Shown in pieces: positions 39,511 to 50,009 of a stretch of DNA of 64,000 bases. The stretch spans positions 46,832 to 110,831 of the forward strand of contig JAFWDV010000009.1 of assembly GCA_017515985.1 (NCBI GenBank). The letters are read 5' to 3'. The notes beneath the pieces are model-generated. The model was not told the origin of the DNA, searched no databases, and worked only from the letters and a program-made list of their open reading frames with translations. Position 1 is the first letter of the stretch; every line of letters starts with the position of its first letter. This DNA comes from Clostridia bacterium. Lineage in GTDB: Bacteria; Bacillota; Clostridia; TANB77; CAG-508. A program made the translations under genes and the position numbers.

Positions 39511-40449
39511 TCACAAATTAAAACATTTAACAATTGTTTCAACATCAATTCCAAAATATTTTATCAATTCATCAGCCTTTCCTGATTTTCCAAATGTATC
39601 TTTCACACCTAATCTAGTTAATTTTGCAGGTTGATTTTCAGTAAGTACCTCCGCTATAGCACTTCCGAATCCACCAATTATACTATGATTTTCAACAGAG
39701 ATAAGTTTTTCTGTCTCTTTTGCACATTTTACAATCATTTCTTCATCTATTGGCTTTATTGTATGGATATCTACAACTCTTACAAATTTACCATTTTTTT
39801 CTAATATATCTTTTGCTTTAATTGCTTCTGCAACCATATCTCCTGTTGCAAATATAGTACCATCTGTACCTTTTCCAATCTGCACAGCTTTACCAATTTT
39901 AAACTTTTGGTTTGGTTCATAAATCACTGGTGTTGCATACCTTGAAAGTCTAACATACACAGGACCATTAAATTTAGAAATTTCCTTTATGATCCACTTT
40001 GTTTCTGTATCATCACATGGGCAAACCACAGTCATATTTGGCACTGCTCTCATCATTCCAATATCTTCAAGCATTTGATGCGTAGCACCATCTTCTCCCA
40101 CAGTAATTCCTGCATGAGTTGCGCATATTTTTACGTTTAAGTTTGGATATGCTACAGAATTACGTACTTGATCATATGCTCTACCAGCTGCAAAAACAGC
40201 AAAAGTACTTGCATATGGAATTTTTCCGCATGTTGCAAAACCAGCAGCAGTACCGATCATATCTTGCTCTGCAATCCCCATGTCAAAAAATCTATTTGGA
40301 AATTCTTTTGCAAATAAATTAGTTTTTGTAGCAGACGATAAATCTGCATCTAAAACAACAATATCTTTATTTTCTTTTCCAAGCTCAAGTAAAGCTTCTC
40401 CATAACTTTGCCTTGTAGCAATTTTTTTATCCATATCCATAATTATCAC
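39511..40449 (-). CDS. transketolase, C-terminal (pyrimidine-binding) subunit
   Basis: 312 aa; split-transketolase C-half; start may be MDMDKK. Confidence 0.85.
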   Translation of the reverse strand: MIIMDMDKKIATRQSYGEALLELGKENKDIVVLDADLSSATKTNLFAKEFPNRFFDMGIAEQDMIGTAAGFATCGKIPYASTFAVFAAGRAYDQVRNSVAYPNLNVKICATHAGITVGEDGATHQMLEDIGMMRAVPNMTVVCPCDDTETKWIIKEISKFNGPVYVRLSRYATPVIYEPNQKFKIGKAVQIGKGTDGTIFATGDMVAEAIKAKDILEKNGKFVRVVDIHTIKPIDEEMIVKCAKETEKLISVENHSIIGGFGSAIAEVLTENQPAKLTRLGVKDTFGKSGKADELIKYFGIDVETIVKCFNL

Positions 40450-40474
40450 CCTAACTTTATCCTTCTCAATTAAT

Positions 40475-41293
40475 CTATTTAAGCTCTTCCATCGCTATTT
40501 TAAATTGCTCTTCTGATGGAGCTTTTCCATGCCATTCTGCCTTATTTTCCATAAATGATACGCCTTTTCCCTTTGTTGTAATAGCAACTATTGCTGTTGG
40601 TTTTCCTTTTACAGTTTTTGCTTTATCGAAGGCTTTAATTAAATCTGGAATTTTATTACCATTTACCGTAATAACATTAAATCCAAATTTTTCAAATTTT
40701 CCTTCTATATCATCTAGATTTTTTACATCTTTAATATCACCATCAATTTGTAAACCATTATTATCTACAATAACGCACAAATTATCTAATTTATATTTAC
40801 TTGAAGTCATAGCAGCTTCCCAAACCTGCCCTTCTTCAAGCTCTCCATCACCCAAAAGGCAATAAACTCTATAACCCATTTTTCCCATTTTTGAGCTAAG
40901 AGCCATTCCATTTGCTACAGATAATCCCTGACCTAATGAACCTGAAGACATGTCCACCCCAGGAATCTTATTCATATCAGGATGTCCTTGTAAAATTCCA
41001 TCAATTTTTCTAAATTCATTTAATTTCTTTTCACTAAAATATCCTTTTTGTGCAAGAGTTGCATATAAAGCTGGTGAGCAATGGCCTTTTGACAAAACAA
41101 ATCTGTCTCTCCCCTCATCATTTGGCTTTTTCGGATTTATATTCATTTGATTAAAATATAAAACCGTTAAAATATCCGCACATGATAAAGATCCTCCAGG
41201 ATGCCCAGACTGTGCACCATAAACCTCTTCAATTATTTCCCTTCTAACATCTTTTGCAATTTTTTCTAATGCTTCACAGCTTACAATTTTCAT
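40475..41293 (-). CDS. transketolase, N-terminal (TPP-binding) subunit
   Basis: 272 aa; GHPGGSLS, GDGELEEG motifs. Confidence 0.85.
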   Translation of the reverse strand: MKIVSCEALEKIAKDVRREIIEEVYGAQSGHPGGSLSCADILTVLYFNQMNINPKKPNDEGRDRFVLSKGHCSPALYATLAQKGYFSEKKLNEFRKIDGILQGHPDMNKIPGVDMSSGSLGQGLSVANGMALSSKMGKMGYRVYCLLGDGELEEGQVWEAAMTSSKYKLDNLCVIVDNNGLQIDGDIKDVKNLDDIEGKFEKFGFNVITVNGNKIPDLIKAFDKAKTVKGKPTAIVAITTKGKGVSFMENKAEWHGKAPSEEQFKIAMEELK

Positions 41294-41311
41294 AAGTACT
41301 CCTCCTTCGAT

Positions 41312-41761
41312 TTATGTATTATTAATAAGACAGCTCTTGTAAAATTCTACCTTAGTTTTATCAATATTTCCTATTTTTAGCAATATATTTTTGGTAAATA
41401 TTTTATAAATTACATCCGTTTTTATAATGCTATCTTTTTGTAATTTATTTATATAATCTTTTTTTATCAACTTATTAGATTTGTACGTAATTTTTTGTAT
41501 CTGAGAAGATAATATCATGCCATAATAAATAATTCTGTTGTATGTTTTAATCAAGTCAACTATTAAAAATATATGATTATTTCCTTTTTTACCATTTTTG
41601 TATTTATATCTACCAACAAATACGAGATCACCTATACAAAATTCATTATACTTCGTTGTATTTTCCAGTAAAAAACTATATTCTTCGATTTCAAATTCAT
41701 CATTTAAACTATATAAATTTTTTACTTTCTTATTTTTCTTAGCAAATTCTATAAATTCCAT
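41312..41761 (-). CDS. hypothetical protein (weak Kid/PemK-like GDLVFV motif)
   Basis: 149 aa ORF. Confidence 0.35.
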   Translation of the reverse strand: MEFIEFAKKNKKVKNLYSLNDEFEIEEYSFLLENTTKYNEFCIGDLVFVGRYKYKNGKKGNNHIFLIVDLIKTYNRIIYYGMILSSQIQKITYKSNKLIKKDYINKLQKDSIIKTDVIYKIFTKNILLKIGNIDKTKVEFYKSCLINNT

Positions 41762-41834
41762 TAATGTTTATAGCACACTACTATTTAGCTATGCCTCTCC
41801 TTTCAGTGTTGTTATTTGATAAATTATAGAAGAA

Positions 41835-41859
41835 GTCCGCAAGGAAAAACCTTACGGAC
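41835..41859 (-). terminator. hairpin terminator overlapping stop codon of 41852..42340
   Basis: GUCCGUAAGG-UUUUU-CCUUGCGGAC then U-rich tract. Confidence 0.5.
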
Positions 41860-42340
41860 CATACTTGGACTGCAAATACCGCCACATCACTTTGCAATAT
41901 GTGCTGCATCCGGGAATTTTCAATTTTCTTCCTGCAAATGCTTCCACCATTAGCTCATATGCCTTGTAGATAAGACGGTCATCTTGCAATGCCAATTCAC
42001 AAATATAATACTCTCCAGACGGAAACTTCCTAAGATGAATATAACCAAATATTCTCTTTTTGCCTGCTATACACTTCTTTGTCTCAAACACCCATAGTTC
42101 TTCTTTATGATATCTTAATATTTCCCTGTAATCCTCGTAAGAAAATTCTTCATATTCTGCTTTTGCACATGCATTAACAAAATCGAAGTCAACAGGAAAT
42201 TCCAGCTCCTCCTCCTTGGTTAGCCCATTAGGATAATCAGGATTCCTTGATTTGTAGAACCATTGTTTATGTGTGTCCGCGTACAGAGGTTTTATTCTCT
42301 TGAAGTCTTCCTTATCTGGGTTTGCCTTCCGTATGATCAT
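41852..42340 (-). CDS. hypothetical protein, GC-elevated (about 40%) gene
   Basis: 162 aa; composition and codon use differ from neighbours. Confidence 0.45.
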   Translation of the reverse strand: MIIRKANPDKEDFKRIKPLYADTHKQWFYKSRNPDYPNGLTKEEELEFPVDFDFVNACAKAEYEEFSYEDYREILRYHKEELWVFETKKCIAGKKRIFGYIHLRKFPSGEYYICELALQDDRLIYKAYELMVEAFAGRKLKIPGCSTYCKVMWRYLQSKYGP

Positions 42341-42424
42341 ACGGAATCACCTCCATTTGGATTTTTGTGATAGCTCGCATTATATCATATTTTTTCATTT
42401 TTTTCAATTATGTAATCTAAATCT

Positions 42425-42453
42425 ATTGATAAATAATTTTAAAACTGCTATAA
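42425..42453 (+). promoter_or_regulatory. sigma-A promoter TTGATA-17-TATAAT for recQ-family gene
   Basis: consensus-like hexamers 30 nt upstream of RBS AAGAGGT. Confidence 0.4.
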
Positions 42454-42484
42454 TCCCATTTACAAAATAAAAAAGAGGTACATT

Positions 42485-43804
42485 ATGACAAAAGAGCAAG
42501 AGCTTCTAAAAAAATACTATGGCTATGAAAATTTTAGACCTGGCCAGGAAAAAATTATTTCTAATATTTTATCTGGTAAAGATGTACTTGGAATTATGCC
42601 AACAGGAGCCGGAAAATCCGTATGTTATCAAATTCCATCATTAATATTACCAGGGATTACAATAGTTATTTCACCACTTATTTCTCTTATGAAAGACCAA
42701 GTTGATTATTTAAATAAAATTGGTATTCCATCAGCATATGTTAATAGTTCGTTATCAAAAAATTTATTATCACGTGTTTTAGAAAATATCTCGAAAAATT
42801 CTTATAAAATTATTTATATTTCTCCAGAAAGACTTGAATTATCTGAGTTTATCCACTTCTTACAAAAATTAAACATTTCCATGATTACTGTAGATGAAGC
42901 TCACTGCATTTCGCAATGGGGTCACGACTTCAGGAAAAGCTACTTAAAAATCTCATCTGCTATAAAGAAGCTACCTTCTAGACCTATTGTTTCTGCATTT
43001 ACTGCAACAGCAACCGAAATTGTAAAAAACGATATTATCAAATTATTAGATTTGCATAACCCATATATACTAACCACAGGATTTGACAGAGAAAATTTAA
43101 GATTCTATACATGTACACCTAACAACAAGCTTCAATTTATTTTGGAATATATCAGAGCTAAACTTGGCCTTTCAGGAATCATTTACTGTTCAACTAGAAA
43201 AAATGTAAACTCAATTTTCCAAAAACTTTCATTTATGGGATTTTCTGTTTCAAAATACCACGGAGGTATGAATGAAAAGGAAAGAGCAACCAATCAAAAT
43301 GAATTCATACTAAATAAAACAAATATTATGGTAGCCACAAATGCTTTTGGAATGGGCATAAATAAGCCAAACATCAGGTACGTTATTCACTATAATATGC
43401 CAAAAGATTTAGAAAACTATTATCAAGAAGCCGGAAGAGCTGGACGTGATGGAAAAAATTCAGAATGCATATTGCTTTTTTCTGAAGAAGATATCAAATT
43501 AAATAAATACTTAATTAAAAGTTCAACTTCTTTATCAAACTGCAAATTAGAATTAGACAAACTAAACTCAATGATTAAATATTGCAACATGGATACGTGC
43601 CTACGAAAGTTTATATTAGAGTATTTTGGTGAGAAACCATCATTTAACAGATGTAATAACTGCAGTAACTGTTTAAATTATACTTTTCCGTATGAATTTG
43701 CAAGCAAAAAGAATAAAAAAACCGGAATATTTGATGGATTAGATGAAAAATCTAATCTATTCGAAATATTTCAGTTTCTTATAAAAAAAATTTTTAATTT
43801 GTGA
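42485..43804 (+). CDS. RecQ-family ATP-dependent DNA helicase (short form, no HRDC)
   Basis: 439 aa; GIMPTGAGKS Walker A, DEAH box (VDEAHC), C-terminal Cys cluster (CNNCSNC). Confidence 0.8.
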   Translation: MTKEQELLKKYYGYENFRPGQEKIISNILSGKDVLGIMPTGAGKSVCYQIPSLILPGITIVISPLISLMKDQVDYLNKIGIPSAYVNSSLSKNLLSRVLENISKNSYKIIYISPERLELSEFIHFLQKLNISMITVDEAHCISQWGHDFRKSYLKISSAIKKLPSRPIVSAFTATATEIVKNDIIKLLDLHNPYILTTGFDRENLRFYTCTPNNKLQFILEYIRAKLGLSGIIYCSTRKNVNSIFQKLSFMGFSVSKYHGGMNEKERATNQNEFILNKTNIMVATNAFGMGINKPNIRYVIHYNMPKDLENYYQEAGRAGRDGKNSECILLFSEEDIKLNKYLIKSSTSLSNCKLELDKLNSMIKYCNMDTCLRKFILEYFGEKPSFNRCNNCSNCLNYTFPYEFASKKNKKTGIFDGLDEKSNLFEIFQFLIKKIFNL

Positions 43805-43818
43805 TAAAATATTTTGTT

Positions 43819-44177
43819 TGGTGGAGCTGAGGAGAATCGAACTCCTGTCCAATAACCTTTCCATATAGACTTCTCCGAGTGCAGTTTGTTATCAAAATTT
43901 CCAACACAAACTAGTTAGCAAACAAACTTATTTGCATTGTAGCTATTTAAAGTACCCACTATTCCCATAGCATGAAATAGCTTCGTTTCCCACTAAATCA
44001 ACGCCTTATTCTACAACGTGGGCATTATAGGTAAGACGCGCCGCAAAAATTAAGCAGCGTAAGCTAATTCTTCGTTATTAGCGTTTATATTTATTTTGCT
44101 TTTTTATAGTGGCCAAAGCAACCATCCACTACTCGCTATCTATACTTCTAGATTACTGTCGAAACCGTTACAGCCCC
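43819..44177 (-). ncRNA. ssrA: tmRNA (SsrA)
   Basis: 5' GGGGCUGUAACGGUUUCGACAG and 3' GGACAGGAGUUCGAUUCUCCUCAGCUCCACCA tRNA-Ala-like ends with G3.U70; internal tag ORF ...GCUAAUAACGAAGAAUUAGCUUACGCUGCUUAA (ANNEELAYAA-stop); TTGCAA-17-TATAAT promoter upstream. Confidence 0.85.
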
Positions 44178-44303
44178 ATATTTGATACATTTTTTATTAT
44201 ACTCTAATCTGCGTTTTTTTGCAATTGTTTTTAGTAAGAACATCTCTTAATGTTCCTATAACATAGAAAGAGCCATACCGAAATGCTTCAGTATGGCCAG
44301 ATT

Positions 44304-44693
44304 TTAAACATCAACACTATAATATTCATGCCGAATTTTTCCCGCTTTGTCGTATCCACAGTGCAGATGAACCATAACCGTATCTCCAACATTTACCTTG
44401 TCGAAAAATTCTTTTCCGTCAAAGCAAAGTCTTTCACAGTTGTACGTCACATACACATGGAATTCGTCAAGCGCGCAAAGTGGAAAATTGTTGTTTTCTG
44501 TGTGCTGCAGCCAAATGGGTCTGTTCCATCTTTTTTTAGTAACAGTACCTTGACCCTGAATAACCGTTTTATACTGCAAAGATGTACGCCGGTAAATTAT
44601 CTGAATAATTTTGACCGTAATATGCAGTATATACAGCACACAACCGATGATTAGAAGTATAGCTACGATAAAAAGAATATCTGCCAACCCCAT
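44304..44693 (-). CDS. hypothetical membrane-anchored protein
   Basis: 129 aa; single N-terminal TM; hairpin terminator downstream (44268-44295). Confidence 0.4.
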   Translation of the reverse strand: MGLADILFIVAILLIIGCVLYILHITVKIIQIIYRRTSLQYKTVIQGQGTVTKKRWNRPIWLQHTENNNFPLCALDEFHVYVTYNCERLCFDGKEFFDKVNVGDTVMVHLHCGYDKAGKIRHEYYSVDV

Positions 44694-44818
44694 TTCATCC
44701 CATCCTTTCTACGAATGAATTTTGTGTTTTTCAACACACTGGATTATAGCATTTCTACCCAAAAAAGTAAAGAGAGATTTCTTCGAATCTCCCTTTTTAT
44801 ATTGTATAATGGTATCTT

Positions 44819-45349
44819 TTATTCTGGCTCTACAATTCCAAAATTAACTCCATCTTTTAATTTAAATATTACATTAACCTTTTCTGTATCAGCATTTACA
44901 AATGTTAAGAACATATTATTTGAATCTTGTAATTTTAATTTAGCATCTTCAACTGCCATTGGTCTTACTTCATAATATGTTGTTTTTAAAACTTCTTTTT
45001 CAACCTCACGGCTATTTTCGTTAAAACTAATGTCTTCTTGAGCTCTTATTGAGCCAGATGTCATTTGTTTTTCCTTTTTAGTTTTAGTTTTTCTGATTTG
45101 ACCTTCAATTATATCAATATCTTTGTCAATAGATGCATATAAATCGCCCTTCTCTGTTACTGCTCTATAAAAGTTTCCATTTATATTTGCAGAAAGTTCA
45201 GCAACTTGATTTTTTCCTTCTGTCTTTATTGTTGCTCTTACATCTATTTCTTCTTCTGTATATTTTTGTAGTCTTACACACTTTTTCTCAATATACTCTT
45301 TAATTGCTTCTGTTGCTTTAAGCTCTTTTCCTGTTATTTTTATGTTCAT
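44819..45349 (-). CDS. hpf: ribosome hibernation promoting factor (long form)
   Basis: MNIKITGKELKATEAIKEYIEKK N-terminal domain + C-terminal dimerisation domain. Confidence 0.8.
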   Translation of the reverse strand: MNIKITGKELKATEAIKEYIEKKCVRLQKYTEEEIDVRATIKTEGKNQVAELSANINGNFYRAVTEKGDLYASIDKDIDIIEGQIRKTKTKKEKQMTSGSIRAQEDISFNENSREVEKEVLKTTYYEVRPMAVEDAKLKLQDSNNMFLTFVNADTEKVNVIFKLKDGVNFGIVEPE

Positions 45350-45522
45350 AAAAACCACTCCTTCCTAGTATCTTTTGTTTTGTAATTGCTGTAACCTCAT
45401 TATATATGCTATTATATTTTTTTTCAAGTAGTTTCATATTTTATTTTTTTGTAGATTTTTATATTTATATTTACTAATCCATTCATTATATGATATAATA
45501 TGTAAACTAGAAGGAGGTTTAT

Positions 45523-45879
45523 ATGAATAAACAACTTTTTATTATAAATAATTCAAGCAATATGCTTTCAAAAAAATATATCAATAATTTAATTATGGAA
45601 ATTAACAAAATAGATATAAGTAAACACATGAAAGAGCTTATATTAATTGCTTCAACAAATCTATTTTCTCCAACAAAAACTTCAAAAGGTATAATATATC
45701 AACTTGAACTATTCAAAAAACAAGCAAAAGTTGTACCTGAAAAAACGAGAAGCAAATATTTAAATAATTTAATTGCAGACTTAAATTCATTATCAACGCA
45801 TGATTTAATAGAGAATATCGATATGCTTACCAAATATCTACAACAGAACGAAATAAGTATTACTGTAAAAACAAATTAA
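45523..45879 (+). CDS. hypothetical protein
   Basis: 118-aa ORF with RBS GGAGG. Confidence 0.35.
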   Translation: MNKQLFIINNSSNMLSKKYINNLIMEINKIDISKHMKELILIASTNLFSPTKTSKGIIYQLELFKKQAKVVPEKTRSKYLNNLIADLNSLSTHDLIENIDMLTKYLQQNEISITVKTN

Positions 45880-45880
45880 A

Positions 45881-45913
45881 AATAGAGACGGAAAAAATGA
45901 GTCCGTCCCTATT
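45881..45913. terminator. bidirectional terminator with GGGACGGA-type GC clamp
   Basis: aatagagacgga-loop-tccgtccctatt between convergent genes. Confidence 0.5.
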
Positions 45914-46775
45914 TTTCAATTTTACAACATTTTAGTATTTTATTTTTGTTCTCCATTATTGCATCGTAACCTAAACTTATGCATTTTTCAATATTATCCG
46001 ACGACAATAGCGAAGTTCCTTTTGCATCAATTTCAATTGCAATACTGGCTTCGCTTTGTGCCGATTTCAATTGCTTTTGTGAAAAAATGTCAACTGTTCT
46101 TAATAAAACGCCAAATACATTTTCGCTTTCTATATCATATTCATCCATCTTAAAACTTAAACCTAATGTTACATCAGCTCCCATATCTTTTAGCGCTCTG
46201 ACCGGCAAATTGTCCTTAGTTCCTCCATCTATGAAATTATACTGTTTATATCTACTTGTCGTAAAAATTCCTGGAAATGCCATACTTGATCTAACAGCTT
46301 TACCAAGAGGAATATCATAAATATAGTCCATATTGCTATTTTTTAAATTAAAGTTTTTTGACATAAAAATACATTCTTTCATAGATATCGTATCCACTGA
46401 TGAAACAGCAATCGGAATATTAATATCAGAAATATTACTACAGCTCTTTTTTTCAACGACTTTTTGAACTAAATCCTCTAATCGCTCTCCTGGAATTAAA
46501 CCACTAATTTTTAATTTTTTTGATGTTAAATATGAACCTATCGTTGATATAATTGGCCTTCTCTCTATTTTCGTTAAATCCTTGTATGATTTTAAAATAA
46601 TATCCTTTATCTCATTGCAGCTATATCCAACAGCATATAAAACAGCTGCAAAACTGCCAGAGCTAGTTCCTGATATACAATCAATTTTTATTCCAAGCTC
46701 CTCTAATGCTTTGATAGCTCCTATATAAGCAACTCCCTTAAGACCACCTCCGGCTAAAGCCAATCCAAACTTCAT
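45909..46775 (-). CDS. patatin-like phospholipase
   Basis: 288 aa; GGGLKG oxyanion motif and GTSSG (GxSxG) nucleophile elbow. Confidence 0.75.
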   Translation of the reverse strand: MKFGLALAGGGLKGVAYIGAIKALEELGIKIDCISGTSSGSFAAVLYAVGYSCNEIKDIILKSYKDLTKIERRPIISTIGSYLTSKKLKISGLIPGERLEDLVQKVVEKKSCSNISDINIPIAVSSVDTISMKECIFMSKNFNLKNSNMDYIYDIPLGKAVRSSMAFPGIFTTSRYKQYNFIDGGTKDNLPVRALKDMGADVTLGLSFKMDEYDIESENVFGVLLRTVDIFSQKQLKSAQSEASIAIEIDAKGTSLLSSDNIEKCISLGYDAIMENKNKILKCCKIEK

Positions 46776-46830
46776 AGCATGCCTCCAAATTTAATCGGAG
46801 CTAGTGCTTACTACACTAGCTCCTTATGTT

Positions 46831-47268
46831 TTATAAATATTTCTTCAAAGTTTCTACACTATCTTCTTGCATTGCGACAAAGTCATTTAATATTTGTCTA
46901 ACATTTTGATTTAAGTCGCTGTCTTTATTTTGATTTTGTAACCTAACACCTTCTATTATTCCCATATTAGTTCCTTGAATAAGTAGCTCTGATAATTTTT
47001 GATTACTTTGATCTTTAACCGTTTTCATTTGAATTCCATACCACGTCATTGCCTTTTCCATAGGATTTGGCGAATGCGGATCTTTTATTGAGTGTTTTTC
47101 GTACTCTTCACTTATTCTTTGTGCAATTTCCTTATACTTTCTATATTCACCATCTAAAACCTTTTTGAATGTTTGATCTCCAACCTTATCATAAACATAT
47201 TGAATTGCGTCCATTCCCATTGTAGCACCTTTGTTGATTTCATCTAAAACATTTATGTTATTTTGCAT
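46831..47268 (-). CDS. hypothetical protein (helical, possibly ferritin-like)
   Basis: 145-aa ORF. Confidence 0.4.
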   Translation of the reverse strand: MQNNINVLDEINKGATMGMDAIQYVYDKVGDQTFKKVLDGEYRKYKEIAQRISEEYEKHSIKDPHSPNPMEKAMTWYGIQMKTVKDQSNQKLSELLIQGTNMGIIEGVRLQNQNKDSDLNQNVRQILNDFVAMQEDSVETLKKYL

Positions 47269-47363
47269 ACAAAACCTCCTAATCTTTTTTCGTAGTTAGT
47301 ATGCACAAATAACATATTTTAATGCTATTATTTTTAAATTAAATGAATTATTTAAGCTAAAAT

Positions 47364-48107
47364 TTAGTATTCTACTTTAAGCAAAAATAAACCGCTTGGA
47401 GATAAAGTTTTTCCTGCATTTGCTCTTTCACCTTTCTCAATAATATCTTTCACATCTTCAGCTTTTATTTTTCCCATGCCAACATCCACAAGTGTGCCCG
47501 CAATAATTCTAACCATATTATACAAAAAACCATTTCCGGTTAGCTCTATATGTATTCTTCCATTTTCAGCAGGTTTAACTTCTGCCAAATAAATAGTTCT
47601 TACACTACTTTTACTACTTGTACCGCTCGCTTTGAATGCTTTAAAATCATGCTCCCCTTCGAAATATTTAACAGCTTTTTGCATTGCTTTAATATCAAGC
47701 TTAACAGGCATATGATATTCAAAATTTCTATATATAGCGCTTTCACATTCATTATTATTTATTACATATCTATATGTTTTCTTTTTGCATGTATATCTGC
47801 TATGGAATCTCTCATCAACTTCTTCGGCTTTAATAACTCTAATAGATCGTTTAAGCTTCGTATTCAATGCTAATGCAAATTTTTCAATCGGAATACTTTC
47901 GTTGTTTGTTTTAAAATTTGCTACCTGCCCTAAAGCATGAACGCCTGCATCTGTTCTTCCTGATGCAATTAAATCAATTTTTTCTTCTCCTGTTAGAATC
48001 TCAATTGCTCTTTCTATTTCACCCTGTATATTAAGTTTATTTGGTTGTTTTTGCCAACCATTAAAATCTTTTCCATCATATTCTATTGTAAGACGTATAT
48101 TTCTCAT
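47364..48107 (-). CDS. truA: tRNA pseudouridine(38-40) synthase
   Basis: 247 aa; IEYDGKDFNGWQKQ and ASGRTDAGVHALGQVANF motifs. Confidence 0.85.
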   Translation of the reverse strand: MRNIRLTIEYDGKDFNGWQKQPNKLNIQGEIERAIEILTGEEKIDLIASGRTDAGVHALGQVANFKTNNESIPIEKFALALNTKLKRSIRVIKAEEVDERFHSRYTCKKKTYRYVINNNECESAIYRNFEYHMPVKLDIKAMQKAVKYFEGEHDFKAFKASGTSSKSSVRTIYLAEVKPAENGRIHIELTGNGFLYNMVRIIAGTLVDVGMGKIKAEDVKDIIEKGERANAGKTLSPSGLFLLKVEY

Positions 48108-48248
48108 ACGATACTCTCCTCATAAAAATTTGCTTACATTTTATCATACTAATGCATTCTTTTCAATACTTATGTAAATTGCTTAAAACTCTATAAAAAA
48201 TAGATATGTACCAATTGGCACATATCTATCATTTATTTAATTCATATT

Positions 48249-49941
48249 TTATTTTTTGATATTTTTAACTTTGTAAAATCTGCTTACCGCAAATATTGCA
48301 ACTGCTAATATAACACCAACTATAGTCATACTTTGACCAGCTTTAGCATGTTTTTTAGGTCTTGCCTTTACTGTTACATGTGTTGTATTTGGAACTCCTG
48401 TACCATTTTGCTTAACTGTAACATCTTCGTCATAGTTTTCGTCTACTCCAAAAGTTCTTGTTATTTTGTGAATTGTCTTTCCATCTTCATCATAGATAGG
48501 AGCCCATCCATCAGGTATACTATCTGGATCTACTGGTAAATTATATGTAATGGTTACTGTTACTGATCCATCTTCATTTTCCTTTTGCTCTTTTATTTTT
48601 CTTCTAAATGTCCATTGAATTGAAGGTGTTTCAGATGACTCACCACATTCGTCACCTTTTAAAGCAACAGTTTCCTTAACAATACCATTGTAATCTGTAT
48701 TATCATATTTATCAAATGGGTAATCTTTTGCAATTACTTTTTTATCAGTAACATCTGGATAATACCAACCTTCAGAATTTGGATTACCTTTAACATTTTC
48801 CTCAGTTAAAGCAACACCATCATTTGTTGAAATAATATTTTCTTCAGTTTTTGATTTTATATATGCTGTAGCATCAGCATCTTTTTTATTATTGTCATCA
48901 TCATAATATGGTGGTAAATATGTAGTGCCATCTTCACTCATTTTACCTTCAACTTCACTGCCATCTGCAAATGACTTATAGCTTAACTCAGTTTCCCATG
49001 CTGAAACCCCATCAGCAACTTTTTCCAAATACCAGTTTTTATCTTGACCAATTACCAAACTATACGTAGTTCCATCAGGTAATATTGCATCTCCTCTAAC
49101 AGATGTATAGTCATGTCTTTCCGACATATATCTTTTTGCAAAATACTCAACTAACTCACTTCTTTGCTCTGCTGAAAGTGCCTTCCACTCTTCCTTTAAT
49201 TCATCTCTCCAATTTTCACTTTCGATATCTCCAGTCTCTATACTATTTGTTAGTACATTAGTAGCTCCTTGATATGCTGTACTCCATTCATTATTAAGAT
49301 CTCCACCCTTTCCACGGAATGCTTGATCGTATGTCTCAGGTAAAGTTGTAAATCTTCCACTGGTATAACAATCTTGATTATAATCATACGCATCATCCAC
49401 ATTCTGCTTCAATACTGATAAATCTTGAATTAATTTACCATTTACTATATTGTATCTATAATTTTTATGCATATCGGAAAATTCAAACTTAATAACTAAT
49501 TCTACCTTATCCTTACTTGATAATTGGAAAACCCTCTTTAAATCTTCACGAATTCCAAAAGCTTCTGGGTCACAATCTCGCAATCGAAGTACATTTGTTG
49601 CGTCTGATGCATTATATTTGCCATCACACATATCTGAAATCGAAGTTAAAGCAATTAATTCCTTGGATGCTAACTTTTCTTCAGTTACTTGAGTTACAAT
49701 AAATGGCCAATCTTCCGAGCTTGTATCGTCATCTGAATCATCGTCTGCAGCTCCAATTTTAGCAGCCCATACTAAAACATCTTTAGCATTGAAGTCATAC
49801 TTTGTAGCATTACCTCCGAAGTACTATACTTTTAGTATGTTGCTCACCTTCAGCATACACTTTGTTATTAAACAAAGTACAAACTGATAAAATCATTGAA
49901 AAAATCAATATCATTACTATACTTTTTCTTGTGTTTTTCAT
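48249..49941 (-). pseudogene. surface protein with signal peptide and C-terminal membrane anchor, interrupted by a +1 frameshift near 49826-49836
   Basis: 43-aa signal-peptide ORF (MKNTRKSIVMILIFSMILSVCTLFNNKVYAEGEQ...) ends at TAA; the downstream frame continues without a stop into the 460-aa ORF of the track. Confidence 0.5.
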
Positions 49942-50009
49942 CTTAAATTCCTCTCTTTCGTTCTCTTATATTTCAAGTGTACAATAACAATTATTTAATG
50001 TCAATATTA

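Noticed and set aside
41312-41761. PemK/MazF-type toxin call for the 149-aa ORF
   Set aside because: There is only a single weak GDLVFV-like motif, no adjacent antitoxin ORF, and the length is atypical. It is left as hypothetical.
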